Positions 9,080-18,894 of a stretch of 22,866 bases of DNA are shown one piece after another (position 1 is the first letter of the stretch; every line of letters starts with the position of its first letter). A program made the translations under genes and the position numbers. This stretch comes from Verrucomicrobiales bacterium. Lineage in GTDB: Bacteria > Verrucomicrobiota > Verrucomicrobiia > Verrucomicrobiales > V1-33. The notes below the pieces were generated by a model that made no database searches, was not told the origin of the DNA, and saw only the letters and a program-made list of their open reading frames with translations. The stretch is from positions 1 through 22,866 of the forward strand of contig JANOAV010000116.1 in the NCBI GenBank assembly GCA_031411295.1. The letters run 5' to 3'.

Positions 9080-12000
9080 ATGGCGGCACCTACCTGGCTC
9101 ATTGCGACGGATACCGGAGGCACGTTCACCGATTGCTACGGCCGCGCTCCCACGGGCTCGGAGCATCGGTGCAAGGTGCTCTCCAGCGGTCGCTTGCGCA
9201 CCCTGGCGGTGGCCCAGACAGGACCCCGCACGATCAAGCTCCGGGATGACTGGGGCGCGGCGGACCACTTGTTTACTGGCTTTGCGGTGCGGGGCACAGA
9301 TTGGGAAGCAACCGTGGCGGATTGGAAGTCACGGGAGCGACTGTTGGAACTCACAGCGGATTGGCCGCCGGACGTGGCTTTTCCTGCCTTGCTGGAACTG
9401 GGTTCGGGCGAGGCAGCTCCGGTGGTGGGCGCACGAATTTTAACCAACACGCCACTGGCGAAAAATTTTCCTGCACTTGAGTTTCGCCTGGCGACGACGC
9501 TGGCCACGAATGCATTATTGGAAGGCAAAGCCGCTCCGGTCGTCTTGTTCGTGACCCAGGGCTTCGGGGATTTGCTGGCCATCGGGGATCAACGACGCCA
9601 GGATTTGTTTGCGTTGCAGCATCAGCCCCGCCCGCAGTTGGCGACCCGGGTGGTTGAAGTTTCCGCCCGGATGAATGCGCAGGGCGAGATCCTGCAACCT
9701 TTGGCAGTGGCAGCATTGCGGGCCGCGGCAGAGTTGGCCGTGGCGGACGGGTTCACCACGGCGGCGGTCGCGCTGGCGCATAGCTTCGTCAATCCAACCC
9801 ACGAGCAGGCGGTGGCGGAAATATTGACGGCCGCTGGCTTTACGCGGGTGAGCCAAAGTAGCGTCATTTCACCGCTGATTCGATTATTGCCGCGGGCGGA
9901 AACCGCCGTCGTCAATGCCGCGCTGGCACCGGTGCTGGATGAATTTGTGCAACGGGTGCGGCAGCCATTGGGAGCTGCGGTCACGAGCTTTTTCTGCCTA
10001 ACAAGTGCAGGCGGTTTGGCGGACACGCGAACGTTTCGCCCAGTGGACAGCCTGTTAAGTGGCCCGGCGGGCGGGGTGGGAGGCTGTGCCGCCGTGGCTG
10101 CCGCCATGGGCGAGGAACGGATCCTCACCTTGGACATGGGTGGCACCAGCACGGATGTGGCGCGCTGGGAGGGAGCGTTTCTCTATCAATTCGAGCAACG
10201 CGTGGGCGCTGCTTCCATCATGGCCCCAGCCTTGCGGATCGAAACGGTGGCCGCAGGTGGGGGCTCCATTTGTCATGTTACTCCAGCCGGTCTGGCGGTG
10301 GGCCCCCACAGCGCTGGGGCTGATCCAGGACCGGCTTGCTATGGCCGGGGCGGCCCACTAACACTAACGGATGTCAACCTGCTCCTGGGTCGGCTGGATG
10401 CCACCAAGGCCGCCGTGCCGCTCTGGCCGGAGCCGGCCCGGATGAGCTTGCAGGAACTACAGACCGCCCTGGCTGCTCATGGTTGGCCCGTGCCGGAAGA
10501 GACCTCCTTGCTCCAAGGCCTCTTGGACATCGCCCTGGAACGCATGGCCGAGGCCGTGCGCAGGATCTCCGTGCGGGAAGGCTGTGATCCTCGCCACTAT
10601 GCTCTCATGGCCTTCGGCGGAGCCGGTCCCCAGCATGCCTGCGCGCTGGCGGATCGCTTGGGAATCGCCACCGTGCTGGTGCCAAGGCAAGCCGGGCTGC
10701 TCTCGGCCTTTGGCGCAGCGCATGCCAGACGGGAGGAGTTTATTTCCCAACAAGTGCTGCGCCTGTGGTCCGCGGAAACATTGCTTTTCCTAACAACCCA
10801 GTGGAACACGTTGGAATCTGCTCTCCTCACCAAATTGCCCAGCGGGAGCGTGGCCCGCCGACTGGTGGAGGTTCGCCTGCAGGGTCAGGACTCGAGCCTC
10901 CTGCTGGAAGTGACTGCGGCGGAGGAAATTCCAGCGCAATTTGCCGCACGCTACCAAGCGATCTACAGCTACCCACCGCCCCCAAACCGCGCGCTGGAAA
11001 TCGTCTCCTTGCGGTTCAGTGCCGCGTTGCCAGCCATCCCCTTGCCGCCCGAATCCTTTCCGCAGAACGATCCGCTCATCGGTCCGCAAGCCGTGCAGGA
11101 TGGCTTTAGCACCCTCATCGTGGAGCCGGGTTGGAAGGCGCTGGCGGGCTCCCAGGGCACGTGGAAACTCCAACGAGCGGATTTCCCGCACACTCTATCA
11201 ACCGGCCCCGCCAGCGTCATCTCCCCAGTGGCAGCCGAGCTCTTCCGCTGTCGCTTGGCCGGTCTGGTAGAAGGCATGGGAGGCCTGTTGCAGCGGACGG
11301 CCATTTCCACTAACGTGAAGGAGCGTTTAGATTTCTCCTGTGCCCTGCTGGATGCTTCCGGTCGGCTGGTGATGAATGCCCCCCACATTCCAGTGCATTT
11401 GGGTGCGCTGGGCGAATGCGTGCGGCGGGTGGTGCAAGAACTTCCACCCCGCGCTGGCCAATTGCTCGTGACTAATGATCCTGCCCACGGCGGATCACAT
11501 CTGCCGGACATTACGGTTATCTGCCCGGTGTTTTACGGGGACGAATTGATCGGCTATACGGCCAATCGGGCGCATCATGCCGAGCTGGGAGGCATTGCGC
11601 CAGGCTCCATGCCTGCGTTTGCAAGGAATCTGGCGGAAGAAGGCGTGCTGGTCCGGCCTATGATTTTGGCAGAGGGGGCTACGTTCCATGAGGAGGCCAT
11701 CCGCCAGGTGCTGGTGGAGGCGGCCTATCCCACCAGAGCGGTGGCCGACAACTTGGCCGATCTCCGGGCGCAAGCCGCCGCCGCACGCCAAGGGGCCACC
11801 GCGCTCCAAGCTCTCTGCGCCAGCCATGGCCCGACGGTGGTGATGCAGCACCTGGCGCATTGGTGTCAGGTGGCCGCAGCCGCGCTGCCGAGGAAACTTC
11901 AAGCCACGGCCTTCGTGCGGGCATCGGCCTTGCAACGACTGGATGATGGCTGGCCCATTGCCGTGACCATCAACTGGGATGGTCAGCGCTTGGGAATTGA

Positions 12001-12751
12001 TTTTACGGGGTCTGGGCCTGTGCATCCGGGAAGTCGCAATGCCACTACTGCCGTGGTGCGGAGTGCCGTGCTCTATGCCTTGCGCCTGTGGTTGGCGGAA
12101 GATTTACCGCTGAATGAAGGCGTCTTGGAGCAGGTGGACCTCATCCTCCCGCCTGGTTTCCTGAACCCAGCCTTTGCCACCGATCCCCGCCAAAGTCCCG
12201 CCGTGGTGGCCGGAAATGTGGAGACAAGCCAACGGATAGTGGACACGCTCTTGCAGGCGCTGCAAGTGCAGGCTGGCAGCCAGGGCACCATGAACAACGT
12301 CATTTTCGGCAATGCCACCTACGGTCATTACGAAACGCTGGGCGGCGGAGCGGGCGCAGGGGATGGCTATCCGGGAGCCAGTGCGCTGCATACCCACATG
12401 ACGAATACGGCCATCACCGATGCGGAAATTTTGGAGCACCGCTATCCCGTGCGGATTGAGCAGTTTGCGATTCGTCGCCAGACGGGCGGCAGCGGCCGCT
12501 GGCAGGGTGGTAACGGCCTCGTCCGCGCTTACCGATTCCTGGCCGAAACGACCGTTTCCCTCCTCACGGAGCACCGCCGCAGCGGCCCTGAGGGCATGGC
12601 GGGTGGTGCTGCCGGCGCGCCGGGAAAACAAACGCTGACACTAGCCGATGGCACGACCACGGAACTGCCGGGCAACACCACGTTGCTGGTGCCGCCGGGA
12701 AGTCTGCTGACGCTGGAGACTCCAGGGGGCGGCGGGTATGGACCCGCCTAA
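9080..12751 (+). CDS. Fused ATP-dependent 5-oxoprolinase / hydantoinase A+B family protein
   Basis: DTGGTFTD, ATTLATNALLE, LLSGPAGG, DMGGTSTDV, AAGGGS and SAGADPGPACYG in the A half. NVKERLDFSCA, HIPVHLG, GSHLPD, HHAELGG and HTHMTNT in the B half. Start moved to ATG 9080 (alternative 9068) because 8960 overlaps the divergent gene's start. Confidence 0.9.
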   Translation: MAAPTWLIATDTGGTFTDCYGRAPTGSEHRCKVLSSGRLRTLAVAQTGPRTIKLRDDWGAADHLFTGFAVRGTDWEATVADWKSRERLLELTADWPPDVAFPALLELGSGEAAPVVGARILTNTPLAKNFPALEFRLATTLATNALLEGKAAPVVLFVTQGFGDLLAIGDQRRQDLFALQHQPRPQLATRVVEVSARMNAQGEILQPLAVAALRAAAELAVADGFTTAAVALAHSFVNPTHEQAVAEILTAAGFTRVSQSSVISPLIRLLPRAETAVVNAALAPVLDEFVQRVRQPLGAAVTSFFCLTSAGGLADTRTFRPVDSLLSGPAGGVGGCAAVAAAMGEERILTLDMGGTSTDVARWEGAFLYQFEQRVGAASIMAPALRIETVAAGGGSICHVTPAGLAVGPHSAGADPGPACYGRGGPLTLTDVNLLLGRLDATKAAVPLWPEPARMSLQELQTALAAHGWPVPEETSLLQGLLDIALERMAEAVRRISVREGCDPRHYALMAFGGAGPQHACALADRLGIATVLVPRQAGLLSAFGAAHARREEFISQQVLRLWSAETLLFLTTQWNTLESALLTKLPSGSVARRLVEVRLQGQDSSLLLEVTAAEEIPAQFAARYQAIYSYPPPPNRALEIVSLRFSAALPAIPLPPESFPQNDPLIGPQAVQDGFSTLIVEPGWKALAGSQGTWKLQRADFPHTLSTGPASVISPVAAELFRCRLAGLVEGMGGLLQRTAISTNVKERLDFSCALLDASGRLVMNAPHIPVHLGALGECVRRVVQELPPRAGQLLVTNDPAHGGSHLPDITVICPVFYGDELIGYTANRAHHAELGGIAPGSMPAFARNLAEEGVLVRPMILAEGATFHEEAIRQVLVEAAYPTRAVADNLADLRAQAAAARQGATALQALCASHGPTVVMQHLAHWCQVAAAALPRKLQATAFVRASALQRLDDGWPIAVTINWDGQRLGIDFTGSGPVHPGSRNATTAVVRSAVLYALRLWLAEDLPLNEGVLEQVDLILPPGFLNPAFATDPRQSPAVVAGNVETSQRIVDTLLQALQVQAGSQGTMNNVIFGNATYGHYETLGGGAGAGDGYPGASALHTHMTNTAITDAEILEHRYPVRIEQFAIRRQTGGSGRWQGGNGLVRAYRFLAETTVSLLTEHRRSGPEGMAGGAAGAPGKQTLTLADGTTTELPGNTTLLVPPGSLLTLETPGGGGYGPA

Positions 12752-12753
12752 CA

Positions 12754-13882
12754 CTAGAGATCGAGGTCGCGATTGTCGCCACTTTCACGGCCGCGCAATT
12801 TCCATTCGATAAAGTCATCAATGTCCCCATCCATCACGGCGGGAACATTGGTGTTGGTGCAGCCGGTGCGGTGATCTTTGACGAGTTGGTAGGGTTGGAA
12901 CACGTAGCTCCGAATCTGACTGCCGAAGGCCACGTCCCCCTTCTCTCCGTATTGGCGATCTTTCTCAGCACTCTTTTGGTCTTGCTGGATTTGATACAAT
13001 TTGGCTTTTAACATCCCCAGCGCCAATTCGCGATTCCTCCCCTGGGTGCGCTCGATTTGACAGGATACAATGATCCCGGTGGGAAGGTGCGTTAGGCGGA
13101 CGGCCGTTTCGACTTTGTTCACGTTCTGGCCGCCTTTGCCGCCGCTTCGGAAGGTATCGAGTTTTAGGTCCCGATCCTCGACGACAATTTCTGCATCAGC
13201 GGTGAGTTCCGGGGTGCAGTCCAAACTGGCAAAGCTGGTGTGGCGTTTCTTGGCCGCATCGAAGGGGGAAATGCGGACCAGTCGATGGATGCCGCGCTCG
13301 GTTTGCAGATTGCCGTAAGCGTAAGGGCCGGACACTTTAAACGTCACGCTGCGGAGGCCGGCGGAATCCCCTTCCTGATAATCCGCGATCTCGGTGGTCA
13401 TGCCATGACGCTCGGCCCAGCGGGTGTAGAGCCGAAACAGCATCTCCGCCCAATCGCAGGATTCGGTCCCACCAGCTCCGGCATGAATGGTGACGTAGCA
13501 GTTGGCAATATCCTGCTCTCCGCTCATGAGTTGCTCTAACTCGTAGTCATGCACGGCCTTTTCCAAGCGGGGAAATTCGGCCTGCATTTCATCCGTGAGC
13601 GAAGTGTCTGCTTCGTCCATTTGCGCCAGCTCCCAGAGAGCGTCGTAATCGCCCAGTTGTTTCTCCAGGGCGGCCATGGGGAGGAGCTTGCGTTTGATTT
13701 TGGAGACTTCGCCAATCACGCGTTGGGACTTCTCCCGGCTGTCCCAGAAATCCGGGGCCGTCATGCGTTGCTCGTGATCCGCCAGCGTGCGCTCTAAGGC
13801 TGCGTAGTCAAAGATACCTCCGCAACTCACCCAGACGGGCTTTTAACGGGGCGGAGGAATAGGCAGCGAAATCAATATGCAT
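12754..13882 (-). CDS. prfB: Peptide chain release factor 2, translated via +1 programmed frameshift
   Basis: The main ORF has the SPF and GGQ motifs. An upstream frame from ATG 13882 reads [24 protein letters not shown] and ends at CTT TGA C (13813-13807). A +1 shift joins it to DYAALE..., giving about 375 aa. Confidence 0.96.
13807..13821 (-). promoter_or_regulatory. RF2 autoregulatory frameshift cassette
   Basis: Minus strand GGAGG-TAT-CTT-TGA-C: internal Shine-Dalgarno 3 nt before the canonical CTTTGAC slip site. Confidence 0.95.
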
Positions 13883-13954
13883 GGGGATAGGTTCTAAAAT
13901 TTAGGGACAGCTTCCCTAGACTAATCCTCGCGAGGGGGAAAGCACGAATGCAGG

Positions 13955-13993
13955 AAAATGATGCGGGCGCGGCTCCGGAGAACCGCGCCCGCA
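13955..13993 (-). terminator. Probable intrinsic terminator of the VccA gene
   Basis: Minus strand TGCGGGCGCGGTTC-TCCG-GAGCCGCGCCCGCA followed by TCATTTT: a 14-bp stem with one G-U pair, starting 18 nt after the stop at 14012. Confidence 0.7.
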
Positions 13994-14011
13994 GTGGGGA
14001 TGCGAAGAGGA

Positions 14012-17000
14012 TTACGGGGTGAACTGCTTGAGTTCGGTAATCCGGTAGCTGTAGTAGTAATCCAGGCGTTTCTTGGGATCGGTGAAGACGGAGGTATCCT
14101 TCAGGTAATCGATCGCTTTAAGCGTCGGGTTGGTCATATCCAAGGTGCGCTCCACCACGGCCGAGCCACGATACTCACTGGTAACTAGATCCACGTTCGG
14201 GATGAAACGATCGACGTCAGTGCTGCGGGCTTTTTGCAGCGTTTGCACGGTGAAGTGGACTTTGAACACGTTGGATTTCGTGGTCAGACGTGGGTAAAGG
14301 TTGGCGTAGGGGCTTTCTTTGACGTTGTCCCCGGTAAGGCGATGACCTTCGGGCTTGTCGGTGATTTCTTGACGCTTCTGTAGTGCCGTCGTGCCGCCGG
14401 CAGTCCCGGCTGCGGAGTTTTCCACGTCGATGCCGATCCAGAACTTGCGCATAATCTTGTAAGGATTCTCGTTTTGCGTGGTGAGGCCGGGCGAGGAGGT
14501 CACGCCGAGGGATTCCGGGATGAGCCAGAGGTCACAGATTTCCGAAGCGGTGCGGAAGACGCGGGATTTGTCATTGGAGAATTCACCTTGCTTGGCGAAT
14601 TTCCGCTCGAATTGCCAAAGTGTTTTCTCGGCATGGATGTGTTTGCGCCAGTAGCGTTTGGAGTCCGGTTTTGCGGGAGACGTGGTCGAATCGGTCCGGG
14701 TCGGGTCGGTAGAATCATTGGCGGCACTAACCGGGGTCTCAATTTTGTAAACGGCAGCCGCATCGGTCGGGATGGCCAGAATTTTTTCCGCTTTGAAGAG
14801 GGCGTGCAGGTGGGTGCTGCGATGGATGTAATCAAAGGGGAAGATTTTGTAGTTCATGTTCAGCTTCCCTTTGGTGGAGAAGGTATCGCTGAGCGCATAG
14901 GGCTCCACGACGGGCATCCAGAAGAAGTCCAGCAGGAGGTGATCCTTGGGGTTCTCTGGGTTCAGCGCGCTGCCATAGTGACGATTATCCCAGACCGTGG
15001 CACTGCCGGAGAGCGGGGAATTGAAGGCTGGGTTGCCGCCAAAGGGGTCAGGGCGGAACATGAGGGTTTGCCAGAGGGCATTGGTGGAGGCGCCGCTGGC
15101 CAGGGAACCGAACTGCACCGGGCCTTTGACCTGACGGCTGGGACTGGCTGCCAGGGCACCGTTGGTGATATTGGTGAAATTGGGGTTGGGGTCACCTTGC
15201 TTTAAGCCGGGAACCCCAGGGGCTCCGAAGTAGGGCACGTCATTGCTGCTGGCTTTGGCGGTTCCGGTGAGAGTGAAGAACGGACGAAGGTCCCCTTCGT
15301 CTGCTTTGTCCACATAAGCACCATCCGGGGTATTGGCGATGCCGGTCTGCCAGTCACCCGTGATCGCAGGATCCATGCTGCCACGACGCTGGCGCTGCAC
15401 GGTCTCGAAGAAATGCACGTAATCCTTATACTCGTAAGGGTAGTCCATGACAGCATTCAAGCTCAACAGGTTGTTGGGGTCCACTTTGGTATAGGCCAAG
15501 TGAGGACGCTTGCGGTCTTTGTCTGCCGAGATGCCCTTGGTGGCATCAAGCATGCCTTTCAGAGGATCGTAAATGAGATAGGCATCCTGCGTGGCGTTTC
15601 CAAACAGCGGAGTGGGGACGAAGGAGTTCCAGGTGTCAATGGCTCTGGACACGCCATAGTCCTTGAGGAGGGATCCAACCTCCGGTTGGTGGCCGGTGCC
15701 GCCTTTGACAATGCTGTATTTATTACCCGGAACATTGCCAAGGATTCGGCGGGCGGTGGTGGTGCGATAATCACCATGGGGCATGACCATGGTATGGATC
15801 GAAAGCAGGCGGGAGTCAATCAACGCCTTCCAACTGCTGGCACCGCTGTAAACTTCTGCGATCAGTTGGTTGAGCGTGCGGTTGGAGGCGACGGTGGGTA
15901 GTCCGAAGGTGACTTCGCTGTAAGGGCGTCCAAAGTTGAAGTAGTAGGCCTGCACCAAGTTGTTGACCGAAACGTCGGTGGAGTCAAAAACCATCAACCG
16001 CCACATTTGCTCCTTCCAGTTGGCATAATCCCCAGCCTGAGTGGCCGAGTTACTGGCTTTAAAGTTCACTTTGTTGACGCTGCCGGGCACGGCAAAGGGC
16101 TTGAAGAGGATCAGCGCGTCATTGCTGGCCACATTGCCATTACTGAAGGCACGCATCCCCTGGCTGCCGCCATAATTTGGGATATTGAGGGGCCAGGTTT
16201 CGGTGAATTTCGATGAGCCTTGACTTCCAGCAAGCGCGTAAGGGGCCACGGTGGGCTGGTTGCGGCGGGTCAGGGTGCGGGCCTCCAAATACAACTGGCC
16301 GGTAGCATTAGCGGAGTTGCTCTCGATGCATAAGCCGGGGACGAGATCCCCTGGCTCTTTTTTGCCGATGCCGGGATTCCCCCCGCCAATCCCCACGGAC
16401 ATGTTGGGGATGATGCTGGAGAGGCCCTGGGCAGGGGCGGATCCTTCAACGACGATACCCATTTCATACACCGCAGCGCTCGGAACATAGGGCTGAGTCG
16501 GCGGCGCGTTGAAGCAGCGGGCAGCGTTCGCGTAATCGGTCCCGTAACGATTGGCGGCAGGATTGATCCCATCAATAAACGTCGCGCCATTGGCACTGGC
16601 CTCGCCACCCTTCATGATGACCCAATGCATGCGGGTGGGGGCAAACGTCCGCCCCACGCCTTTGGGATCCGGCTCGGCAGCCACGGCCCAGTTATTAGAG
16701 TGAAGGGTCGAACCGCCGCAACCGCAGTAGGCGGTGATTTGTCCAGGATATTTCCCTGAGCTGTAACCATAGCGGGTGGCACCTGCCAGCGCAGGATCCG
16801 CGAGATTTGTCATCCGGATATAGTCGAGCATGTTCACAATAAGGTTCGCCATATCACTCCATTTGGTGTCACCCGTGTTGGCATTGTATTTGGTGAGGAA
16901 GGTATTCCTGCCGGCCACCCCGGGCAGTTTTCCGACTGTCACCCCGCCGATGTTGGCCCCGGTCGCCAAGCGGAGGTAATCCCGGAGCAGGACATTGTGT

Positions 17001-18745
17001 CCCGCTACATTGGTATAAAATTCGGCATGCCGGGAGAAGGCATCTTTCCGCCCCACCGTGTAGTAATTGGTGCTGCTCAATTGGGAGGTCAGCCCGATGA
17101 TGCTGTCGAAGGCGGTATAATTGGCTCCCGTAAGCGGGGCTCCCGTGGCGGTGGAGGTCAGGCTGGGGACGGTCTCGTATAATGGCCAGAGGCAGATTCT
17201 GGGATGACCCCACACGTTGACTTCAGGCGCGGAGCTTTTCGTGGTCAGCAGGAATTTGGCCCGGTTCAAGCGCTGGATCAGCACATCTTCGGTCAGCGGC
17301 TGGACTTCCCCGCCAGAGCCATTCGCCCAAGTGAGGCGGGCACCATCAGGGGAGTCTCCCATATTGGCTTTCTTGGCCCGGAAGAGCAGTTCATCGGTGG
17401 AAGTGTAGAGGTGGTCGTCTGGATTGGCCGCGGGGGTCGTATCGACCAGATTGGTGAGCGTGCTCATGTTAGAGCGGATAATCATCTTCTTGCTGGTGTC
17501 CGCGATCCCCCCAACCGTCCCGGCCGGTGCCCCGACTTGAGTAGTGGAACCCCCAGCGTTGGCTGGATTGGCCGCCCGATAAGACACCATGGGAGCGAGA
17601 TCCCAAAGGAATTGCAGTTCTTCCGGGCGCATTGGTGGATAGGTAATATCCACGAGCTGAGTGCCAGCCGCCACCCCGGGAGGTTGATAGATCCCGGTGC
17701 TGTTGCCATCCACTGGGCCGGAGGCATAGTAGCGCTTGTGCGGGAAGAGCACAGAGCTAAGGCAAACGCCCGCAGGGTGACCAGGAAAACGCTGAAATTC
17801 TTTGGCGGTGGGCTGACAGTTGGCGAGGAAGCGCTCTTCCGGGGTATCACACCGCGGCGTATCCCAGAAAACCCCTTCCGAAGCGGTGTTGATGTTGATC
17901 TTACAGGATTCATCGTCCGCCCAGAACGCTATGCGTCCGACGATGGGATTGTTCGCAGTAGGGGTGGAGCCACCAGCGGTGCTGGTGAAAAGTCCGCTGA
18001 CGTTCAGGAAGCCGATGGTCCCGTCTTCCAAAACGTAGAGCCAGCGCACGGGCATCGGCAGCGTCTGGGCATCTGGACTGACGCCTCCCACTTTATTGGA
18101 CGCCTCATAGGAGAATCCCTCAGGGTTGAGGTCCGCATTGGCATTCGCGCTGTAAACCACGCGACTGGGATTGTAAGCGCTGGGATCGATGATGGGATAG
18201 ACCGCAGTCCCCGTTTGGGATACGTTCCCCTGCAACGCGGCTCCATTTTGATTCGCTTTGGGGCGATACACGGGTTGGTTTAAGTCCACCCAGACAGCGG
18301 GTTGTTGCTTCCAGTTGGGAGACTGATCCTCAGCGAGCATGGTCTCCTCCTCCCCGTTGCCGTCCACCACCATGTTCATGGCGGAATACAATTTGTAGTT
18401 TAGGCCGTTGTTGCCATCCTTTTGAAACGTGCGGATGAGCCCTGGTTGGCTGGTCCAGAGAGCATTTCCGTTGATCTGGGCATCTGTCGGGGCGGTGGCT
18501 TCACGGATTTGCCCGATGGCCAAGTTGATGGCCGTGTCTCGCAGAGAGAAACTACGCAGCACCTCCGCATTAATCTTAGATGAAACCTGCTCGCTTTGGG
18601 ACATTTGGAAAAACGAGAGGACGAGGGCGGACATGAGCACGATGACCGCAAGCACGGTAATAATGGCAACCCCGCGCTGCTTCTTACTGAGCCGCCGCCG
18701 GGTTGTGGCTGGGGTTTCGGGTTGAGGGGCGATTTGAGTTTTCAT
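14012..18745 (-). CDS. Verru_Chthon cassette protein A (TIGR02600-like), large pilin-leader surface protein
   Basis: Basic leader, then RG|VAIITVLAVIVLMSALV (PilX/GspK-like class III signal). Family blocks WTSQPGLIRTF, GRIAFWADDESCKININTASEG, EFQRFPGHPA, DHLLLDFFWMPVVEPYA, LTGDNVKESPYANLYPRLTTKSNVFKVH and C-terminal KQFTP. Confidence 0.88.
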   Translation of the reverse strand: MKTQIAPQPETPATTRRRLSKKQRGVAIITVLAVIVLMSALVLSFFQMSQSEQVSSKINAEVLRSFSLRDTAINLAIGQIREATAPTDAQINGNALWTSQPGLIRTFQKDGNNGLNYKLYSAMNMVVDGNGEEETMLAEDQSPNWKQQPAVWVDLNQPVYRPKANQNGAALQGNVSQTGTAVYPIIDPSAYNPSRVVYSANANADLNPEGFSYEASNKVGGVSPDAQTLPMPVRWLYVLEDGTIGFLNVSGLFTSTAGGSTPTANNPIVGRIAFWADDESCKININTASEGVFWDTPRCDTPEERFLANCQPTAKEFQRFPGHPAGVCLSSVLFPHKRYYASGPVDGNSTGIYQPPGVAAGTQLVDITYPPMRPEELQFLWDLAPMVSYRAANPANAGGSTTQVGAPAGTVGGIADTSKKMIIRSNMSTLTNLVDTTPAANPDDHLYTSTDELLFRAKKANMGDSPDGARLTWANGSGGEVQPLTEDVLIQRLNRAKFLLTTKSSAPEVNVWGHPRICLWPLYETVPSLTSTATGAPLTGANYTAFDSIIGLTSQLSSTNYYTVGRKDAFSRHAEFYTNVAGHNVLLRDYLRLATGANIGGVTVGKLPGVAGRNTFLTKYNANTGDTKWSDMANLIVNMLDYIRMTNLADPALAGATRYGYSSGKYPGQITAYCGCGGSTLHSNNWAVAAEPDPKGVGRTFAPTRMHWVIMKGGEASANGATFIDGINPAANRYGTDYANAARCFNAPPTQPYVPSAAVYEMGIVVEGSAPAQGLSSIIPNMSVGIGGGNPGIGKKEPGDLVPGLCIESNSANATGQLYLEARTLTRRNQPTVAPYALAGSQGSSKFTETWPLNIPNYGGSQGMRAFSNGNVASNDALILFKPFAVPGSVNKVNFKASNSATQAGDYANWKEQMWRLMVFDSTDVSVNNLVQAYYFNFGRPYSEVTFGLPTVASNRTLNQLIAEVYSGASSWKALIDSRLLSIHTMVMPHGDYRTTTARRILGNVPGNKYSIVKGGTGHQPEVGSLLKDYGVSRAIDTWNSFVPTPLFGNATQDAYLIYDPLKGMLDATKGISADKDRKRPHLAYTKVDPNNLLSLNAVMDYPYEYKDYVHFFETVQRQRRGSMDPAITGDWQTGIANTPDGAYVDKADEGDLRPFFTLTGTAKASSNDVPYFGAPGVPGLKQGDPNPNFTNITNGALAASPSRQVKGPVQFGSLASGASTNALWQTLMFRPDPFGGNPAFNSPLSGSATVWDNRHYGSALNPENPKDHLLLDFFWMPVVEPYALSDTFSTKGKLNMNYKIFPFDYIHRSTHLHALFKAEKILAIPTDAAAVYKIETPVSAANDSTDPTRTDSTTSPAKPDSKRYWRKHIHAEKTLWQFERKFAKQGEFSNDKSRVFRTASEICDLWLIPESLGVTSSPGLTTQNENPYKIMRKFWIGIDVENSAAGTAGGTTALQKRQEITDKPEGHRLTGDNVKESPYANLYPRLTTKSNVFKVHFTVQTLQKARSTDVDRFIPNVDLVTSEYRGSAVVERTLDMTNPTLKAIDYLKDTSVFTDPKKRLDYYYSYRITELKQFTP

Positions 18746-18802
18746 GATGTGGGACCTTTTTCGGTTGGATGAAAGCGAATGTAATTACAGGGACAATACA
18801 AT

Positions 18803-18863
18803 ATTTACATTATAACTACAGAGGGTGTCAATCTTTCTCTGCACTTTTTTTAGGGTTTTTTCT
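18803..18863 (-). promoter_or_regulatory. Candidate promoter region of the VccA gene
   Basis: AT-rich island. On the minus strand, A-tracts (UP-element-like) are followed by TTGACA (18831-18826) and TATAAT (18814-18809). The 11-nt spacer is non-canonical; a weaker TAAATA lies at 18 nt. Confidence 0.45.
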
Positions 18864-18894
18864 TAGGGGGTCGCTGCGCGAATGTCGAGACTTT

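Noticed and set aside
13810..13830. ORF-track start of RF2, or prfB as a broken pseudogene
   Set aside because: Explained by the canonical programmed frameshift.
14474..15901. 243-aa and 162-aa plus-strand ORFs
   Set aside because: Antisense to VccA; composition reflects reverse-strand codon bias.
17204..18283. 359-aa plus-strand ORF
   Set aside because: Fully antisense to VccA with no recognisable motifs; an expected shadow ORF in GC-rich coding DNA.
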